A stretch of DNA of 63,989 nucleotides, counting the filler, from Octopus bimaculoides (taxonomy: Eukaryota), in assembly GCF_001194135.2 (NCBI RefSeq). It is 7 parts of 7 records of this genome, joined end to end, with 100 filler letters (N's around TTAATTAATTAA, not from the genome) between each part and the next. Parts side by side here need not be neighbours in the genome. Positions count along the whole stretch, not along the records: positions 1 to 22,986 come from NC_068982.1; positions 23,087 to 47,561 come from NC_069007.1; 5 more parts are not named here. One strand, written 5' to 3'. Numbering within the stretch: position 1 is the stretch's first letter; every line of letters starts with the position of its first letter. The translations under genes and the position numbers were made by a program. Positions 12,401-44,325 of the stretch are shown piece after piece. The notes under the pieces were generated by a model. That model did no database searches. It saw only the letters and a program-made list of their open reading frames with translations, and was not told where the DNA came from.

Positions 12401-15400
12401 GTGCTGCATCTGACCACAAAAGACTTTTCTACTGACCAAAGATCATATAGCACATAAAGTATTGTTGTGACTAAGCACAAACATGTGCTGGAATACCATC
12501 ATTCTTAGTATGCACTAATATCTATCCAGAATTAATGATAGATTATTGAAAAACTTTGAAAATCATCAATTGCACATTTACCACTAACTCATTGAATAAG
12601 AGTTCATATCTGTTGAAGACAGATAGTTTATTCTTTCTATTTCTCCTAGTTTAGCTATGGTAAACTAGTACCAAATTTTTGGTAACGTTAGTTGCTATAG
12701 CTTAGCCTCCTATCCTGAGAGAGATGTGACTCTCATTCACATAATGCTACAGAAAACTGATTTAAATCCCAACCCTATGTCTTATAGTTTATGAGAGGAT
12801 TGCTTTGAGACAGTAAGAGCTACAGACATGGTTGATGGACCATGCATTACATATTTCCTTTCAATATTCAGAAACTTTAAGGTGGTAAGCTGCCAGAATT
12901 GTTAACACACCAGGTAAAATGCTTGGTGGCATTTTGTTTGTCTTTATGTTCTGAGTTCAAATTCCACCGAGGTTGACTTTGCCTTTCATCTTTTCAGGGT
13001 TGATAAAATAAGTACCAGTTGATTATTGGGGTTGCTGTAATCGACTTGCCTGCTTCCCTGAAATTGCTGACCTTGTGCCAAAATTTGAAACCAATATTCA
13101 GAGAATTTATAAAGCATTTGGCACAGAGTAGAAATAATCTTTTTATAAGCATAATTCATGAGCCAGTCTTTGGCAGCATCTAACTATATTTGAATGTCAT
13201 ACAATATTTATTTCCTACAAATCTATATAGTACAAAATTACAGTTGCCATCAAAATTGCTTTTTCTCCCAGTAAGGCTACATTTTTTCCATCATTTTACA
13301 GTGATTATCTAATCATTTGTGTGTCACAAGAGTTATAAACACTTTTATATGCATGTTATTGAAAAACTCTTTACAGTCACAACTGTTACAACTGGAAGGT
13401 GGAGCCTGCTAAAATATAAAAAATTCTAAATAAATATTGAAATAACAGCAAATTCCTTGATTTTAGGTCTTTGTGGACCAAGTTAAAACTGAATATTAAC
13501 TTTGAATAAGATAAACGTAAAGTAAATGAGTTTCTAACACTCATGGAATTATGTTGTAGGACCAGGTGTACTTCATCTTAAAAGAAACAATGTTTTCTTG
13601 GTAGATATATCTAAATACAGACCTGAAGAACATATCATTACAGTGACTTTCAATGAAATGAAAGGATAGTGATACAGATGATTTAAAAAAAAAAGCAAAG
13701 CACTGTGTTGTGGATGAGCCAATACTTACTTTGATATAGTTGGCATTGATATAATCTGTGTAAGGATCATCATCAATTACATCTAGTTTCACTCGGCTAT
13801 GGTCAACTTGAAAAATAAATATAACATATATGAAACAACAAAGGGAGTACAGGGAGTGGAATAAATTTATAATCTCAAGGAACTTCTGTATTTTATGAGA
13901 GAGGGTCACTTGAGTTTAAAGGATGAGTTTTTAATAAGCTAGAAACATATAAATTACTTCTAATAACAACTTAACTTCTAGATTTTTATGTGTGTGCATG
14001 TGTGTGTGCATGCATGTGTGTGTGCGCACACGCACATGTGCACGCGCACGTGTGCAAGCACATGTGTGCACGTGTGTGTGTGCATGCATGTGTGAGTGTG
14101 TGTGTAAATGTTTAGATGCCTACATCTAAGTACATACAGATATGTTTCTGTCAGAAACACAAATAGTGATGGGGAAAATGTATTTAAAAACTTTATTAAT
14201 ATCAAACAGTAATACTGATCTTTGTTTACAAAGCCCATTTGAAGACTATCGTAGAGGCAACACTTCAATCAAAAGTACTAAATTTTACCTATTTTTAACC
14301 TATCTTTAACTTATGCTCCTATATGAATCTAATCTATTACATCTGTATCTATGTTCATACTTGAATCAACTCAAACAATGGCAGAGGACAGTTGTGTGAA
14401 GAAGTGCCGATCTCTAACGATGGAGGGGACCTGTGGAAGAGATAGATCCAGGAAGACATGGGACAAGGTGGTCAAGCATGATCTTTGAACACTGGGCCTC
14501 AGGGAGACAGTGACAAGTGACCAAGACCTTTGGCAAAATGCCATGCTTGAGAAGACCCATCAAGCCAAGTGAAATCATAGTCATGGCCGATGCTGGTGTT
14601 GTGTAGCTAGCACCAGTGCCAGTGGCACATAAAAAACACCCTTTGAACATTTGGGCAATATGCCATGCTTGAGAAGACCCATCAAATCAAGTGAAATCGT
14701 AGTCAAGGTTGATGTCAGTGTCACATAACTGGCACCCATGCCGGTGGCACATAAAAAACACCCTTCAAATGTTTGACCTCACAGAGGCAGTGACAAGTGA
14801 CTGAGACCTTTGGTGATATACCATGCTTGAGAAAACTTGTCAATGCAAATGAGACCGTAGTTGTGGCTGATACTGGTGTTACATAATTGGCACCCATGCC
14901 AGTGGCAGGTGGAAAGCACCCACTAAACTTTTGCAGTGGTTGGTGTTAGGAAGGGAATCCAGTTGTAGAAACCATGCTAAATCACATTGAAACCTGGTGC
15001 AGCTCTCCAGCTTACTGGTTTTCAGTCAAACTGTCCAACCCATGCTAGCATGAAAAACAGATGATGATGATGATGATGATGAATTTTACAATACATTTCT
15101 GTAATTTTTCCTGGTATTAACATAGGTAGTCCCACAGGGATCTCATCAATAATGGTGCACATGTACCAGATATGCACTGTTCTGACCAGTTGTCTCACTT
15201 ATCTCACCTCATTGAAGGTACATCTGAGTCGTCTGAGTCACTAACATTTTTTAAGGTGGATGGTGCTATGCATCTGGAGGGCTAAGCCAACTATGTGGGA
15301 AATGACATTTGAAAGCCAACTGGTGATTTGGATCCAATATAGGTGACAAAACTCCAATTTGGCCCACCACCCAGGAGAGACTCCATCCAAGCCAAGTGAC

Positions 15401-16940
15401 TCCTAGGTCAAATCCAGCGAATGAGTGTCCTACTTGATGTAGGCCTCTGTGTTGAGTCTGAGGCCATGTGGAAAAATGAATGGAGGTATAACATCACCAT
15501 CACTAGTGATAACTCCAAACACCATGATTTTGACTGGATGTTTCATTTTTATCACTCTCAGTACATGTTTTGGGGACACAGCAAGCCAGCACGAATGCCA
15601 AGCAGTACAGCATGTTGTTTTCAAATTTCTGGTAGAGTGAATTGTGTCATAGTGTCATTTTTCTGACAGATGGAACCAAACTGACCCTACTATACTGTGT
15701 AGTCAACAAAATCAAAAGCAAACAATGTGAAATTAAAAATGGTGACAATTTACCCTTTGCACCCGAGGTTTTTCACACTGACTACTTGATAAATTTCTTC
15801 TTAAAATTTTATCCTATTTTAAAATTTTAAATTTAACCATAATATATTCAGTGCTGAATTATTCTCAATGTACACATGTACCGAGATGCAATTCGAAAAG
15901 CCCGCTCTTACATAGATATATAGGAGTGAACAACTCTATGTACTATGCTGGATACATTTGGTGTTCGTCTGGTATATTGAATTTTTGTTCATTTTTATGA
16001 GTCTTGATTATGCCTACACTGACAATTAAAAAGTGCATTTTGTGCACTAATTATGAAATCATATGATCTGCGGCTGAATCTGTTTTTAAGGAGCTCACTT
16101 CAAGAGTTGCATTCCCTCACGTTTGGTACACTGTATTTATTATGGTAGTTTTGACTTTAAGAGTCCCTCATAGCATGAGGCATTTATGTATAGTAATGCC
16201 CTTAATATAAATAAATATATTTAAAGGGAATAATTAAAAATTTTTACCTTATGAGGTTTTTCACACTGACTATTTGATAAATTTCTTATAAAAATGTTAT
16301 CCTATTTTAAAATTTATATATATACACACATATATACATATTCTTTTATTCTTCTATTGGTTTCAGTCATTTGACTGCAGCCATGCTGGAGCACCGCCTT
16401 TAGTCGAACAAATCAACCCTAGGACTTATTCTTTGTAAGTCTAGTACTTATTCTATCGGTCTCTTTTCTCAAACCGCTAGATTACGGGGATGTAAATAAC
16501 CCACATCAGTTCTCAGGCGATGGTGGTGGAGGACAAACACAAGCATACACACACACATATACGACAGGATTCTTTCAGTTTCTGTCTATCAAACCCACTC
16601 AAAAAGCTTTGGTCATCTCGAGGCTATAGTAGAAGACATTTGCCCAAGGTGCAGCGCAGTGGGACAGAATATATATATATGTGTGTGTTTGTTTGTTTGT
16701 GTGTATGTGTGTGTGTGTGTGTGTGCGTATAAATGTTGAGCAATGAGAATGAGTGCTCAACATTGCATTGGTGGACAACATTTCTTTATTGGTGTATTAA
16801 GGCTACCATTGGTTTCATGTTAAGATATTATCTTAGCATGAAACCATTGCTAACCTTAATACACACACACACACACACAAGTATGTATATATTATATTTA
16901 TGAATTTGTTTTGCATCCCAAAATATAACAATATATATAC

Positions 16941-16981
<41 letters not shown>

Positions 16982-17196
16982 TGTATGTATGTTTGCATGC
17001 ATGTACATATATGTATTTATGAGATGGGCTTCTTTCAGTTTCTATCTCCCAAATCCACTTACAAGGATTTGGTCATCCCAGGATCATAGTACTAAACACT
17101 AACCCAAGGTACCATGCAGAGGAACTGAAATTAAAACCATGTGGTTAGGAAGCATATTTTTTTAACAATACAGCCATGCCAGCTTATCACAGCTAT

Positions 17197-17244
<48 letters not shown>

Positions 17245-20200
17245 ACACACACACACAAATATATTACAGGGGGATGCCATTATTTAAAGATGTGTACATT
17301 TGATAACTTTAATATAAGCCAGCAAAGATAAAGTGCATTTAAGTTGTATAAAATAATTTACAAAATGAAACACTAACATAAAGATCTACTTACATGGTAA
17401 CACATTCAAAAATCGATTCTTCTTTTTATTTTGAACCTTTTGAGCCTCATAACAGGGTAGGAATGTGTCATTTGAGCTTAGGTCAGATTCCTCAGTAAGA
17501 ATAAATGGATTCACTTTGCCTATAATCTGAAATGAAACATGTAATTATTGCTTGTTTTACTGTTCATTATCTGGTTTTATCATTATAAATTCTCATCACC
17601 AATCTCCTGATAAGAAAAAGAAAAACATCAAATTCCAGTTTCATTAATATGTTCCAATTACTATTTATCAAAATAATATTCTTAAGTTAGTACACAAATA
17701 TCTAAGGCATGTTTTGGTTCAGATATAATTTATAGCAGTTCTTTCATTTCTATGGTGCATTTCCTGTTACTGAAATAAGCAATTTGTTGTGAGTTTCCCT
17801 TGGAAAACAACCTATTTATAACTATAATCCATTGCAGAAATCTCGAGCAGTTTGTTATCCAAATGCACTCATAAAGGAACAAAAACTAGAATTTTGAGAG
17901 TGCTTTCTTTCTCCCTGCCCTTCTCAGGAATGCATCACATTGGTGATGAAATATAAATATATATAATAATGATAATAATAATGAAATTATTGTGTATAGT
18001 GCTCAGGTGCACTTACACCTCATCAGAGGCGTATGTACAGTACATAGAATTATGTACAAAAGTCAGGAAAGTGAACAGTGTATGAATCATGATATACATG
18101 TGTACATGCATATGGAGCGGGGGATATCAGGTGTAGTGTTGGTGAATTTTAGGAAACATGGATGTTTTAAAGGATGCAATGTCTCAGCAACTAACATCTG
18201 ATGCAGATAGTTTGTTCCATTCTTCGGCAACTCTGAGTTTGAAAAAATGTTTCCGAGAGTCATGGGAGTTGTGCTATTTTCTGACTTTGTAGGCATGTCC
18301 ATGTGTGTTAGACACATGGAGCTAGAAAAGGTGCTCGAGGTGGTTGTTGGCACAATGGTTAATAATTTTGTGGGTGTTTGTAATCCATTTCTGTCTCTAC
18401 TCAACCTGCTGTAGCTTAGCTTTTTGTATGTATAACATCATATATCATAGTAAAATCACCCAATTATTTCATTATAGATGTCTGTATTCTCCCTATCTTA
18501 CCAATCTCATCTTTTTATCTCTTCAATTTATCAAAACTATCTAAATTTTAGTTGGTTGATGAACTTTTAAACAAGATATTTCCAATTTGTTTTTTCACTT
18601 TTGAGATGCATGCCAAACATTTTTCTTATTCTCTTAACCTAAGAGATTAAATTAAAACAATCAAATGATCTAAAGTGGATTACCTTATAATCTTGGATAA
18701 AAGTTTTTGACTCAATGTGTAGAAAATTCTTGATTTTGTATGGTCTGCAGGAAATTGAACACTCATGTTAACAAATGTTGAAGCTTTAGAATATTGAGTT
18801 ATGACATTAAAATTACAATAACTAATTTTGTGACGATTCCTGATATATGTAGTATTAGCTTTGCCCCACTTGCAGAAAATGAGTCCATAGGATTATGTTT
18901 TAAGAACTTGAAATGATAACTTGGAACAAAGAAATTAAGAAATAACTGAGGTTAAAACTACTTCCTATATCTCAGAAGCTCATTTTCCTTGATCTGACAT
19001 CCTTCTAAGAGGTATCAACTACAGAATCTACAAATTTAGATTTTCAAAATCAACATTGGCTGTCATCTAAAAAGTTTCAAGCAAGCAAGCACATTTTCTT
19101 CGTAGAAAACCCCATATATCTTTTTTAATTACTAGTAAATATTATTCCAATGCAATAACATTGTAGTAGAATCATTTTATCAACTTAAGAACCCATTAAA
19201 AAGGGTAAAATTGACTTTCAAATTATTTCCATAGGAGTCAAAAATTTCTGTTGCCCAACTGTAACCTGGTTTACTGATGCAACTCCACTGTAATTCTTGG
19301 AAAGATTGACAATAGCAAGTTATTATAGGCAGCAGTTCTTTTTTTGTGCATCTTTTTCTTTTTTTTCTTTTCATGTTGAAATTTATATAGGGATATATGA
19401 ACTTGCTGTACTCATGAGGATTCTCTTGAGTCTATAACATCAGTCTTCAGTCAATCATCATTAGTCACATTTAGTTTCTGTTTTATTCCTTTATGCATTT
19501 ATTTGCTTGTTTACAACATTACATATATTACTGTCATTCTAACAATTTCTTGTTTGTTTTCTTGACAGTTAATTTTGAATGTATGCTAAATTAAAGTAGA
19601 ACATTTCTTTACCATGCTACAAAATCTATGATTTATTTACAAAAATATGAAGTAGCGTGATGGGATCAGAGGCAGTAGAATTGTGTCAATGACTAGATCA
19701 CAGCTGGCTGACAAAATTTTGAAACCTTGTGAAATAAATTAAAAGTAAATTTAACAGGTTTCATGTGTAACTAAACGTCTAGAATGGTTCTTCTAAAGTG
19801 CAATTGCTTCAGTTTCAATATATAACCTCAGATCAAGTCACATAACTGTCAAGGACAACTTCAAAATCGATTTCAGATTATATGACAAGAAAGTAAATGG
19901 TTCAGCAACTAAGGTGCTGTAGGCTTCATCAAAATTGAAACTATATTTTTGATTAACAGCTCCAGTTTCACATATATTATTACCAATGAAAGGGCTTCAG
20001 CAAGCTAAAATCATACACACCTTACTTGGTTATAATATCAGAAATAAATAACCTCTTTGAATTATCGAAGTGTTAGTGTATTATAAACATTATATAACAT
20101 TTAAGTCAAACAATATTGGCTGACATATTCTATGTTAGCGAAAGAATTGCTCAGCAGGTCTAACAAACTCACTCTATATACAATATTGTTCATGACAAAC

Positions 20201-20307
20201 CACAAATTAGTACAAAAGAAAAGAAGAAAACAAAGGAAGGAACCAACCTTTTATGTGATAGTGTTTTAAAAGGTTTTAATTTCAAGAAATTAACGTTGCC
20301 AGTTGTC
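3270..20307 (-). CDS. Partial multi-exon gene: classical protein tyrosine phosphatase, probably receptor-type R3-like (juxtamembrane region plus catalytic domain); 8 exons, 880 nt spliced, 5' and 3' ends not found
   Basis: Manual splicing of 20307-20248, 18744-18684, 17526-17394, 13806-13730, 10691-10557, 9601-9476, 7302-7160 and 3414-3270 gives one stop-free frame with all GT-AG sites and consistent phases. Motifs in order: [76 protein letters not shown]. The R3 subtype is an inference from the juxtamembrane motif and exon phases. Confidence 0.95.
4190..4730 (-). mobile_element. RTE-clade LINE ORF2 C-terminal fragment (different family)
   Basis: [11 protein letters not shown]...[21 protein letters not shown] matches the RTE WIGHxLR...ALxWxPxGxRxRGRP motif. 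Confidence 0.85.
4745..5060 (+). mobile_element. SINE family D (GTGTCCTTGAACAAGACAC body); related copies at 12090-12300, 27808-28055, and minus 7570-7810, 8230-8410
   Basis: tRNA-like head with shared body CAGTCCACTCAGCTGGCAAAAATGAGT. Confidence 0.75.
5780..6900 (-). mobile_element. R4/Dong-like non-LTR retrotransposon internal fragment, degraded
   Basis: Minus strand shows [25 protein letters not shown] and, across a frameshift, [17 protein letters not shown]. Boundaries approximate. Confidence 0.7.
7160..7302 (-). CDS. PTP exon (143 nt, phase 0-2): [47 protein letters not shown](S)
   Basis: WPD loop and PILVHC; acceptor ctcttAG and donor CAG/GTaagt. Confidence 0.97.
9476..9601 (-). CDS. 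PTP exon (126 nt, phase 0-0): [42 protein letters not shown]
   Basis: KCxxYWP motif; acceptor ttttgcAG and donor ATG/GTacag. Confidence 0.93.
10557..10691 (-). CDS. PTP exon (135 nt, phase 0-0): [45 protein letters not shown]
   Basis: YIAxQGP, DFWxMVW and IVMLT motifs; acceptor cacttgcAG and donor GTaagt. Absent from the ORF track, found by reading the minus strand. Confidence 0.97.
13730..13806 (-). CDS. PTP exon (77 nt, phase 1-0): (F)[25 protein letters not shown]
   Basis: Canonical DHSRVxL and DYINANYI motifs; acceptor tttcaAG and donor GTaagt. Confidence 0.97.
14378..15081 (+). mobile_element. RTE-clade LINE 3' end of the same family, with internal tandem duplication and (GAT)n tail
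   Basis: Translates to [34 protein letters not shown]; shares its 3' UTR with 21356-21990. Confidence 0.85.
15428..15764 (-). mobile_element. Tc1/mariner internally deleted remnant
   Basis: [37 protein letters not shown] fused to an N-terminal remnant (MTQFTLPEI...AVLLGIRAG), with a GGGTGCAAAGGGTAAATTG-type end near 15740-15764. Confidence 0.75.
17394..17526 (-). CDS. PTP exon (133 nt, phase 0-1): [44 protein letters not shown]
   Basis: Acceptor tttcatttcAG and donor CCAT/GTaagt. Contains a KNRY-type pTyr-loop motif (KNRF.NVLP). Confidence 0.9.
18130..18440 (-). mobile_element. CR1-group LINE 3' fragment
   Basis: An alternative minus frame gives THGHAYK...[17 protein letters not shown]...IASFK, the typical CR1 ORF2 C-terminus (TRGH..K...R..FF..RV...WN.LP). 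Confidence 0.8.
18684..18744 (-). CDS. PTP exon (61 nt, phase 2-0): (R)[20 protein letters not shown]
   Basis: Acceptor tttcctgcAG and donor AAG/GTaatc. RPxKIKNF resembles the membrane-proximal RPVxLxxF motif of receptor PTPs. Confidence 0.8.
20248..20307 (-). CDS. PTP juxtamembrane exon (60 nt, phase 2-2): (R)[19 protein letters not shown](R)
   Basis: Acceptor ctttcAG and donor AAG/GTtggt. Only the phase-2 frame is open, and it joins the next exon in frame. No diagnostic motif. Confidence 0.6.
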
Positions 20308-21355
20308 CTGAAAGATTATCAAAACAAGATTGATATCTATTCCATTAATGTAACAAACAATTTTATGCACAGTTTAATTTAATGCTTGGTCAATGGAAAT
20401 TTTGGAAGTTCTTCCTAATGATGCTTGTGAGAATAATATTTTGTTAATGCTATTTAATTTTCTTTAAATTATGATTATAATTTCAGTTGATTAAAAATTA
20501 TTTGAGGTTCACCATATAAGGAATGGTAGCAGACATTCATGCAAAAGGTGGCCTTGGAATATTTTCCAATGTCAATCTTTTAATACAATATTTTAATTCT
20601 GAAGATGTTTTCCAAGAAGACAGGAATTAAGTATGATGCTTAATGACATAATGCAATATAATATATTTTATATTCAGATATGATATATTTTTAATGATAA
20701 GTACAAAAATCCAGTTATAATAAATAATATATAATGTAATACTTAAATGCACAGAACATACTTCAGTTTTCAGCAACTACAAACTCTTTACAAAGTTCAA
20801 ATGAAATACTATAATGCTCCAACTCAGAGATGGTGCTCTACTAGACATGCAGACTCATTAGACCACATTCACAATAGGACTACCTGATTGATTGGCATGA
20901 AGCTATTATCTCTTCTCTCTACTGTTCTTATCACCACTTCTGTGGCTTCTGCTCCTCAAAGCCGGCTGATTTTGTACCAATCTCACTCATCTCTCTCTCT
21001 TCTTCTCATAACCCATATTGTGTTCACTCTTCCCATACCCTACAATAAATTCTTTTCTCTGTCCTTCCAGCTCAGAACATTTGATTCCCATATGTTCCTT
21101 CTTTGCCCATGTTTTCATGCAGTCATCAACTTAACAACAGTTTAAAAGGCATATTAACTATGTCAATCTCACCAAACTATTTTTTTAATTTAAAAATATG
21201 TTTTAAATCCACACCAACGACTTGGTTAAGAAAGTTTATTAATTAAAAAACTGAAATTCAAAATCAGGTTAGAAGTATGGCTACAACTACAAAGTTTTCA
21301 GCAAAAGAAGGCCATAACTGTGTGAAACAAAATGTTTTATGGAACACTACATATT

Positions 21356-22986
21356 CATCATCATCATCGTTTAACGTCTGCCTTCCATGCTAGCATGGAT
21401 TGGATGATTTGACTGAGGACTGGCGAACCAGATGGCTGCACCAGGCTCCAATGTGATCTGGCAGAGTTTCTACAGCTGGATGCCCTTCCTAACACCAACC
21501 ACACTGGCAATGACCTCACTTGAATGTTTTTTCACGTGCCATCGGCAAAAGTGCCAGTAAGGCAACGCTGGTAACGATCATGCTCAAATGGTGCTATTTA
21601 CATGCCACTGGCATGGAAGCCAGACAGCTGGTGCTCTGATAACGATCATGCTTGGACGGTGCTCTTAGTGATCTCCTGGTACAGGTACCATCACGATTTC
21701 GATTTCACTTGCCTCTTCGCAAGCCGAGTTTAGTGTCCAATGAAGGAGAGGTTGGCATGGGTGCCAGTCGTCGAATTTGGTTCGATTTTGATTTCACTTG
21801 CTTCAACAGGTCTTCGCAAGTGGAGTTTTGTGTCCAATAAAGGAAAGGTACACATAAGTGGGCTGGCTACACCCCTGGCAGAGGCTTCGGATTATGGTCT
21901 CACTTGGCTTGCCGGGTTTTCTCACGCACAGCATATTTCCAAAGGTCTCGGTCACAAGTTATTGCCTCGGTGAGGCCTAACAACAGAGGGATTGTTGTTC
22001 ANNNNNNNNNNTCACACAGCTATCCTCATTCATTCTTGCCACATGACCATACCAGCGCAATCATCTCTCTTGCACACCACAACTGATGCTTCTTAGGTTT
22101 AACTTTTCTCTCAAGGCACTTATACTCTGTCGAGTATGCACACTGACATTACACATCCATCGGAACATACTGGCTTCATTCCTTGCGAGATTACGCATGT
22201 CCTCAGCAATCACAGCCCATGTTTCACTGCCATGTAGCATGGCTGTTCATACACATGCGTTATACAGTCTACCTTTTACTCTGAGTGAGAGGCCCTTTGT
22301 CACCAGCAGAGGTAAGAGATCTCTGAACTTTGCCCAGGCTATTCTTCTTCTAGCAGCTACACTTTCAGCACACCCTCCCCCACTACTAACTTGGTCACCT
22401 AGATAACGGAAGCTATCAACTCCATCTAGCTTTTCTCCCTGGAATGTGGCAGAAGTTGTTTTCTGCACATTTTCAATGTTTATTGCTCCTGAACATCTGC
22501 CACATACAAAAACTAACTTCCAAGTTAGCCTTCCTTTGATATTGTTGCACGTCCTATGTGTCCATAGCTTACACTGGGTACATCTTATAGAGTTTCTACC
22601 TACGCCTTTTCTACAGATCAAGCAGGGCCATCTACTTGAAGGGATTTGTGTTTTGTCTACCTTCCTACTTATTAGGACTTTGGTTTTAGCTAGGTTGACT
22701 CTAAGGCACTGTGATTCTAGTCCTTGCTTCCACACCTGAAACTTCTCCTCTAGTTCTGATAGTGACTCAGCAATTAGCGTAAGGTTATCAGCATAGAGGA
22801 GCTCCCAGGGGCATCCTGTCTTGAATTCCTGTTTTATTGTCTGGAGGACTATGATAAATAGGAGGGAGCTGAGGACTGAACCTTGGTGGACCCTACCTCT
22901 ACCTGGAATTCTTGACTGTACTCGATGCCAACACTCACCTTACTGACAGCATCTCTGTACATGGCTCGCACAGCTCTCACTAACCA
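21356..22986 (-). mobile_element. RTE-clade LINE, 3' portion (RT C-terminus with PHD-like insert, ORF2 end, 3' UTR, (GAT)n tail); 5' end runs into the gap
   Basis: Minus strand gives HQGSVLS...LLYADNL (YADD-like), NLAKTK, CxxC...CxxCxxWxHxxC...CxxC, FRYLG, LHGSETW and LRWYGHVxRM, then ...DLWKYAV.EKTRQAK*. Frameshifts are present. Confidence 0.93.
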
Positions 22987-23086
22987 NNNNNNNNNNNNNN
23001 NNNNNNNNNNNNNNNNNNNNNNNNNNNNNNTTAATTAATTAANNNNNNNNNNNNNNNNNNNNNNNNNNNNNNNNNNNNNNNNNNNN
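22987..23086. other. Artificial 100-bp scaffold spacer (44 N + TTAATTAATTAA + 44 N); identical spacers at 47562-47661, 52206-52305, 54927-55026, 60408-60507, 62447-62546
   Basis: Identical length and layout six times. The palindromic 12-mer places stops in all six frames. Confidence 0.95.
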
Positions 23087-43279
<20,193 letters not shown>

Positions 43280-43393
43280 ATCCCAGAATGCATCAGACAT
43301 ATAATATACGGAAATGGAATCATTTGCCACTACCAGAAATCATTTAATTCATACTGTTGATTGTAAATATCTATAGAAACCAATCATTCTTTC

Positions 43394-43399
43394 AATAAA
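43394..43399 (+). terminator. Candidate polyadenylation signal of the SCO-spondin-like gene
   Basis: AATAAA downstream of the inferred stop, followed by T/GT-rich sequence. The hexamer is common in AT-rich DNA. Confidence 0.45.
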
Positions 43400-44156
43400 A
43401 TTTTCCACAAGTCTCTTTGTCTTTGCGTTTTTACAAGCACCATAAACTGAGATTGCATGTTACCTCATGGTACCGTGTTATGACCTTTTAAAGAAAATGG
43501 TGTAAGGCATCAAAGGGCAAGTGTTGAATGTATAATAACACGGTTAAACACGCATCGTTTATGCCTTTATTAGCATTATTAAACAAGAGTTACCTCCCTT
43601 GGCTTCTGTTAGCATTATTGAATAGGAGTTACCTCCCTTGGTTTGTTTGTTTTATGCCCTTTAAAAGAATGTATATATGAACCAACAATAAACAACAAAT
43701 GGTCGTATATAAAAGTATTTATTAAATTAAGATAGAAAAGCGTTCAACAATATTGTTAAAAATGAATTTAATAGTAATCATATCGAAAATTATAAACTTC
43801 ACGTTATTAACTTTACGTTTATTATAATATAAACAGAAATATTAAATAGAAATCTTATCTTAACGAATCTTTCGTTTAAAATACAATTTAAACGAAGTTT
43901 TAGGTTAAACTAAAATTATAAACGTAAAATGAATAACATTAATTTTAATATAAACTAAGAAAAAATTAATTTATGAAAACAATTATATCACCATTAAATA
44001 AAAGAAGAAAAAAAAATATATACAAGCATATATATGTATATATATGTGTGTATATATATATTTATATGGGAGAATTTACGAAAAAAACGACAGCAGACAA
44101 GGACAGGTGGTGTAAACAACGAAAGGTTGTAATAGTTTAACGCTCGGGAATAAAGT

Positions 44157-44191
44157 CTTTAACGTTTCGAGCTACGCTTTTCTACAGAAAG
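44157..44191 (-). ncRNA. Degenerate minimal type I hammerhead-like motif (A6 to U)
   Basis: CUUU CUGUAGA A AAGC-GUA-GCUC GAAA CGU U AAAG: 4-bp stem I, palindromic AACGUU stem III, GUU triplet. Confidence 0.55.
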
Positions 44192-44274
44192 GATACGGAG
44201 AAAAGGAAGGAGATATATATATATGTATATACATATGTGTGTGTGTATATATGTATGTNNNNNNNNNNTATATT

Positions 44275-44325
<51 letters not shown>

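Noticed and set aside
14500-14900. CRISPR-like array
   Set aside because: Irregular long units within a LINE 3' end in a eukaryotic genome; no unique spacers or cas genes.
18087-18404. S/T-rich 105-aa ORF as a PTP extracellular exon
   Set aside because: Another frame of the same strand matches a CR1 ORF2 C-terminus, and the flanking PTP exons join without it.
20888-21145. MKLLSLLSTVLITTSVASAP as the signal-peptide exon of the mucin-like gene
   Set aside because: Only a weak donor (TTTT/GTACCA). Pyrimidine-rich DNA gives hydrophobic peptides by chance, and a scaffold joint separates it from the gene.
23031-23042. TTAATTAATTAA repeated six times as a possible conserved regulatory palindrome
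   Set aside because: Always centred in exactly 44+44 N; an artificial six-frame-stop linker.
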